In this document: in pieces, positions 62,259-64,000 of the stretch
Numbering within the stretch: position 1 is the stretch's first letter
Layout: every line of letters begins with the position of its first letter
Virus record (IMG/VR): IMGVR_UViG_2872485971_000002
Location: 1-64,000 of that record
Length of the DNA: 64,000 nt
From: an uncultured virus (IMG/VR IMGVR_UViG_2872485971_000002)
Taxonomy: Duplodnaviria; Heunggongvirae; Uroviricota; Caudoviricetes
Strand: one strand, 5' to 3'
Made by a program: the position numbers and the translations under genes
The notes under the pieces: generated by a model
What the model saw: the letters and a program-made list of their open reading frames with translations, nothing else
Database searches by the model: none
What the model was told of the DNA's origin: nothing

Positions 62259-62268
62259 CTGAACACTC

Positions 62269-62484
62269 CTAACGCTTTACGACTTGAATTTCCCTTACCT
62301 CACATTGCACATTACACTTCGTTTTAAGCTCACTTGCTACCTCGATGACTTCTAACATATTATGCATTTTAGAAGCTTCATGGAGGTCGCTAGATGTCAA
62401 ATAACCACTCTCATCTAATTTAAATGCTTTAAAGTATTCCTTGTTTTCAAACTGCAGTACATAAAAATAATCAATCAAAGGCAT
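62269..62484 (-). CDS. yopF: Hypothetical phage protein
   Basis: 71 aa; synteny. Confidence 0.65.
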   Translation of the reverse strand: MPLIDYFYVLQFENKEYFKAFKLDESGYLTSSDLHEASKMHNMLEVIEVASELKTKCNVQCEVREIQVVKR

Positions 62485-62487
62485 AAA

Positions 62488-62739
62488 TCAACCTCTTTTA
62501 AATAATTTTGTAATCCTCATTGCCAATGGCAGTAAACCAATTAACATAAAAAAAGCAATCACATTAAGCTTATTTTTGAAAAACAGGCTGGCCAAATTCC
62601 TTTCCATGCCCGCTGCTGTTTCTTTATCCATGAGTTCTTTAAACTCCTCATCATAGACCTGATCAACAAAAATAAACTTAATGCCGGTCAATAATCCAAC
62701 TCCAAGCCAGATAATTAAAAAATAAGCTAATCCAATCAT
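62488..62739 (-). CDS. yopE: Two-TM membrane protein
   Basis: 83 aa; synteny. Confidence 0.7.
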   Translation of the reverse strand: MIGLAYFLIIWLGVGLLTGIKFIFVDQVYDEEFKELMDKETAAGMERNLASLFFKNKLNVIAFFMLIGLLPLAMRITKLFKRG

Positions 62740-62809
62740 TTGTTCCCTCCCTATATCGAACGAAATTTGGTATTCTTGAGTATGTTGAATAAATTATGTA
62801 GGTGATCTT

Positions 62810-62989
62810 GTGGAAGAGAATTATGAAACAAACGGATATGACACTTCAATCGTTTATGATTACAAAGAATATCCAGATGTAAAATACGGACGCTGCGATA
62901 ATTGTGATTACACTTTGTTCAAAAGCTCTGTGAAGAGTGGGATATTCTTGCGTGAATGCCGGCGCTGCGGTATGAAAAAGAGCATTTAG
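62810..62989 (+). CDS. Small zinc-ribbon protein, 59 aa
   Basis: GTG after AGGTG; CDNC...CRRC. Confidence 0.65.
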   Translation: MEENYETNGYDTSIVYDYKEYPDVKYGRCDNCDYTLFKSSVKSGIFLRECRRCGMKKSI

Positions 62990-63142
62990 ATTAATGCTCT
63001 TTTTGTTTAAAACACTTCTTTTATATTGATCCCTTTGTAATAAAAGGTGACCTTTAATTCCGCAGAAATATAGAGTCCCAAATTCAAAAATTAGACCAAA
63101 ATGCCAATGTATAAGCGTACTCCCCTCCAAATCTTCAGATCA

Positions 63143-63364
63143 TCATTTAATCCAATAAGCTGGCGGAACACTCAATACTCGATACTGTTCATCTAAGTAA
63201 GCATGTTTCCTTTCCCAATCACTTTTCTTCCACGCTTCTTGATTTGGGAATGACGGATCTATTGGCTTTGGATATTCTCCGTTCACCCATCCATCTTCAA
63301 TATGATTTAGTTTGGCTTCGTTACCTTTATCATCGTATTTGTACCAGACTGTTATCATTTCCAT
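63143..63364 (-). CDS. Hypothetical protein
   Basis: ORF with GGGAGAGGG RBS. Confidence 0.65.
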   Translation of the reverse strand: MEMITVWYKYDDKGNEAKLNHIEDGWVNGEYPKPIDPSFPNQEAWKKSDWERKHAYLDEQYRVLSVPPAYWIK

Positions 63365-63452
63365 AAGTCATCCCTCTCCCTTTAAAATGTAGTTTTATTC
63401 ATAAATAGAACGGAACAAAAATAGTGAATACAACAGACTTAATTTTATTTGG

Positions 63453-64000
63453 TCACCAAACACTATTTTCTTTATCATATTGTATTTTACAAGCTTCCTC
63501 AAAATCATATAATAACTCAGGTTTACTATTTAATTCACCAGATGCCCAAGGCTGAAGATGGTAGGGAATAGATGCATTATTCAGGTCTTCAACAAAGTAC
63601 TGCGAAGCTGCTTTACCGATAACCAGATTCTGTTCAAGCTCAATAACTGCACCGTTATGAATAGGTAATGGCAAAGTACGATCATCTTGTTTAAATAATT
63701 CATAAACTATCGCTTTTTGTAAAGTAGTAAGTTCACGCAAACGTTTTTCAGCAGTAGCATAAAACTCCTTTTGATTTTTATTTTTAGAGATTGTTTTGAA
63801 TGTTTGAATAGTTAAATTAACGATTAATATAGAAACAGAAAGCAGAAATACAAGACCAATAATGAATCCATATTTTTCTCGAAAACCAAGCATAAACAAC
63901 TTGTCTAAGAATGCTAGCGGCGAAAAAAGAAGGATACCACTTGCTATTGATATGGCTGTCATAATCGCCGCAGGTAATGTAAGAAGTTCCGTAACTTTAA
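63453..64000 (-). CDS. Superinfection exclusion B (SieB)-like membrane protein, 5' end outside the window
   Basis: Two N-terminal TMs (ILLFSP; IGLVFLLS), LxxLT..QK motif; frame open to the window end. Confidence 0.6.
   Translation of the reverse strand, partial: KVTELLTLPAAIMTAISIASGILLFSPLAFLDKLFMLGFREKYGFIIGLVFLLSVSILIVNLTIQTFKTISKNKNQKEFYATAEKRLRELTTLQKAIVYELFKQDDRTLPLPIHNGAVIELEQNLVIGKAASQYFVEDLNNASIPYHLQPWASGELNSKPELLYDFEEACKIQYDKENSVW

Larger units (their letters stand above)
406..64000. mobile_element. SPbeta-like prophage (continues beyond the window)
   Basis: Gene order yot-yos-yor-yoq-yop, att site in spsM, arbitrium genes, AT-rich sequence. Confidence 0.97.

Noticed and set aside
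62846..63130. Minus-strand 94 aa ORF
   Set aside because: It overlaps the better-supported plus-strand zinc-ribbon gene; at most a short remnant.
4241..63398. Palindrome family as a CRISPR array or as intrinsic terminators
   Set aside because: The copies are dispersed with whole genes between them and there are no cas genes. The stems are AT-only and lie inside co-directional operons, unlike the GC-rich terminators seen elsewhere.
1..64000. tRNA, rRNA or IS elements
   Set aside because: None recognised by eye; a tRNAscan/ISfinder run would be needed to exclude them.

Overview
Bacillus subtilis-group chromosome. The window starts in the 5' half of spsM (yodU), crosses the SPbeta att core (406-421) and then covers about 63.6 kb of an SPbeta-like prophage, mostly on the minus strand. 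Known content: sprB, sspC, nucleotide metabolism genes (dfrA, thyA, dUTPase, nrdI/E/F with two group I introns and no nrdE intein), an SPR-type multispecific C5 methyltransferase, the yorL-yorE replication cluster, yoqW/ligB, the yopM-yopR (sro) repression operon and the GMPRGA arbitrium system. The prophage is a mosaic with many accessory genes I do not recall from strain 168 SPbeta: a CoiA-like nuclease, a DUF559 protein, an HNH protein, a KAP NTPase, a DUF2971-like protein, a nucleotidyltransferase, a kinase-phosphoesterase-RNA ligase fusion, UPF0489, CPBP and SieB-like proteins. The most striking unexplained signal is about 25 intergenic palindromes (WTAAAA-N6-TTTTAW, in the best cases perfect 11-6-11, dif-like geometry) at gene junctions. 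They suggest a gene-cassette architecture, which is a hypothesis only. Gene names and comparisons with strain 168 come from memory, not from database searches.
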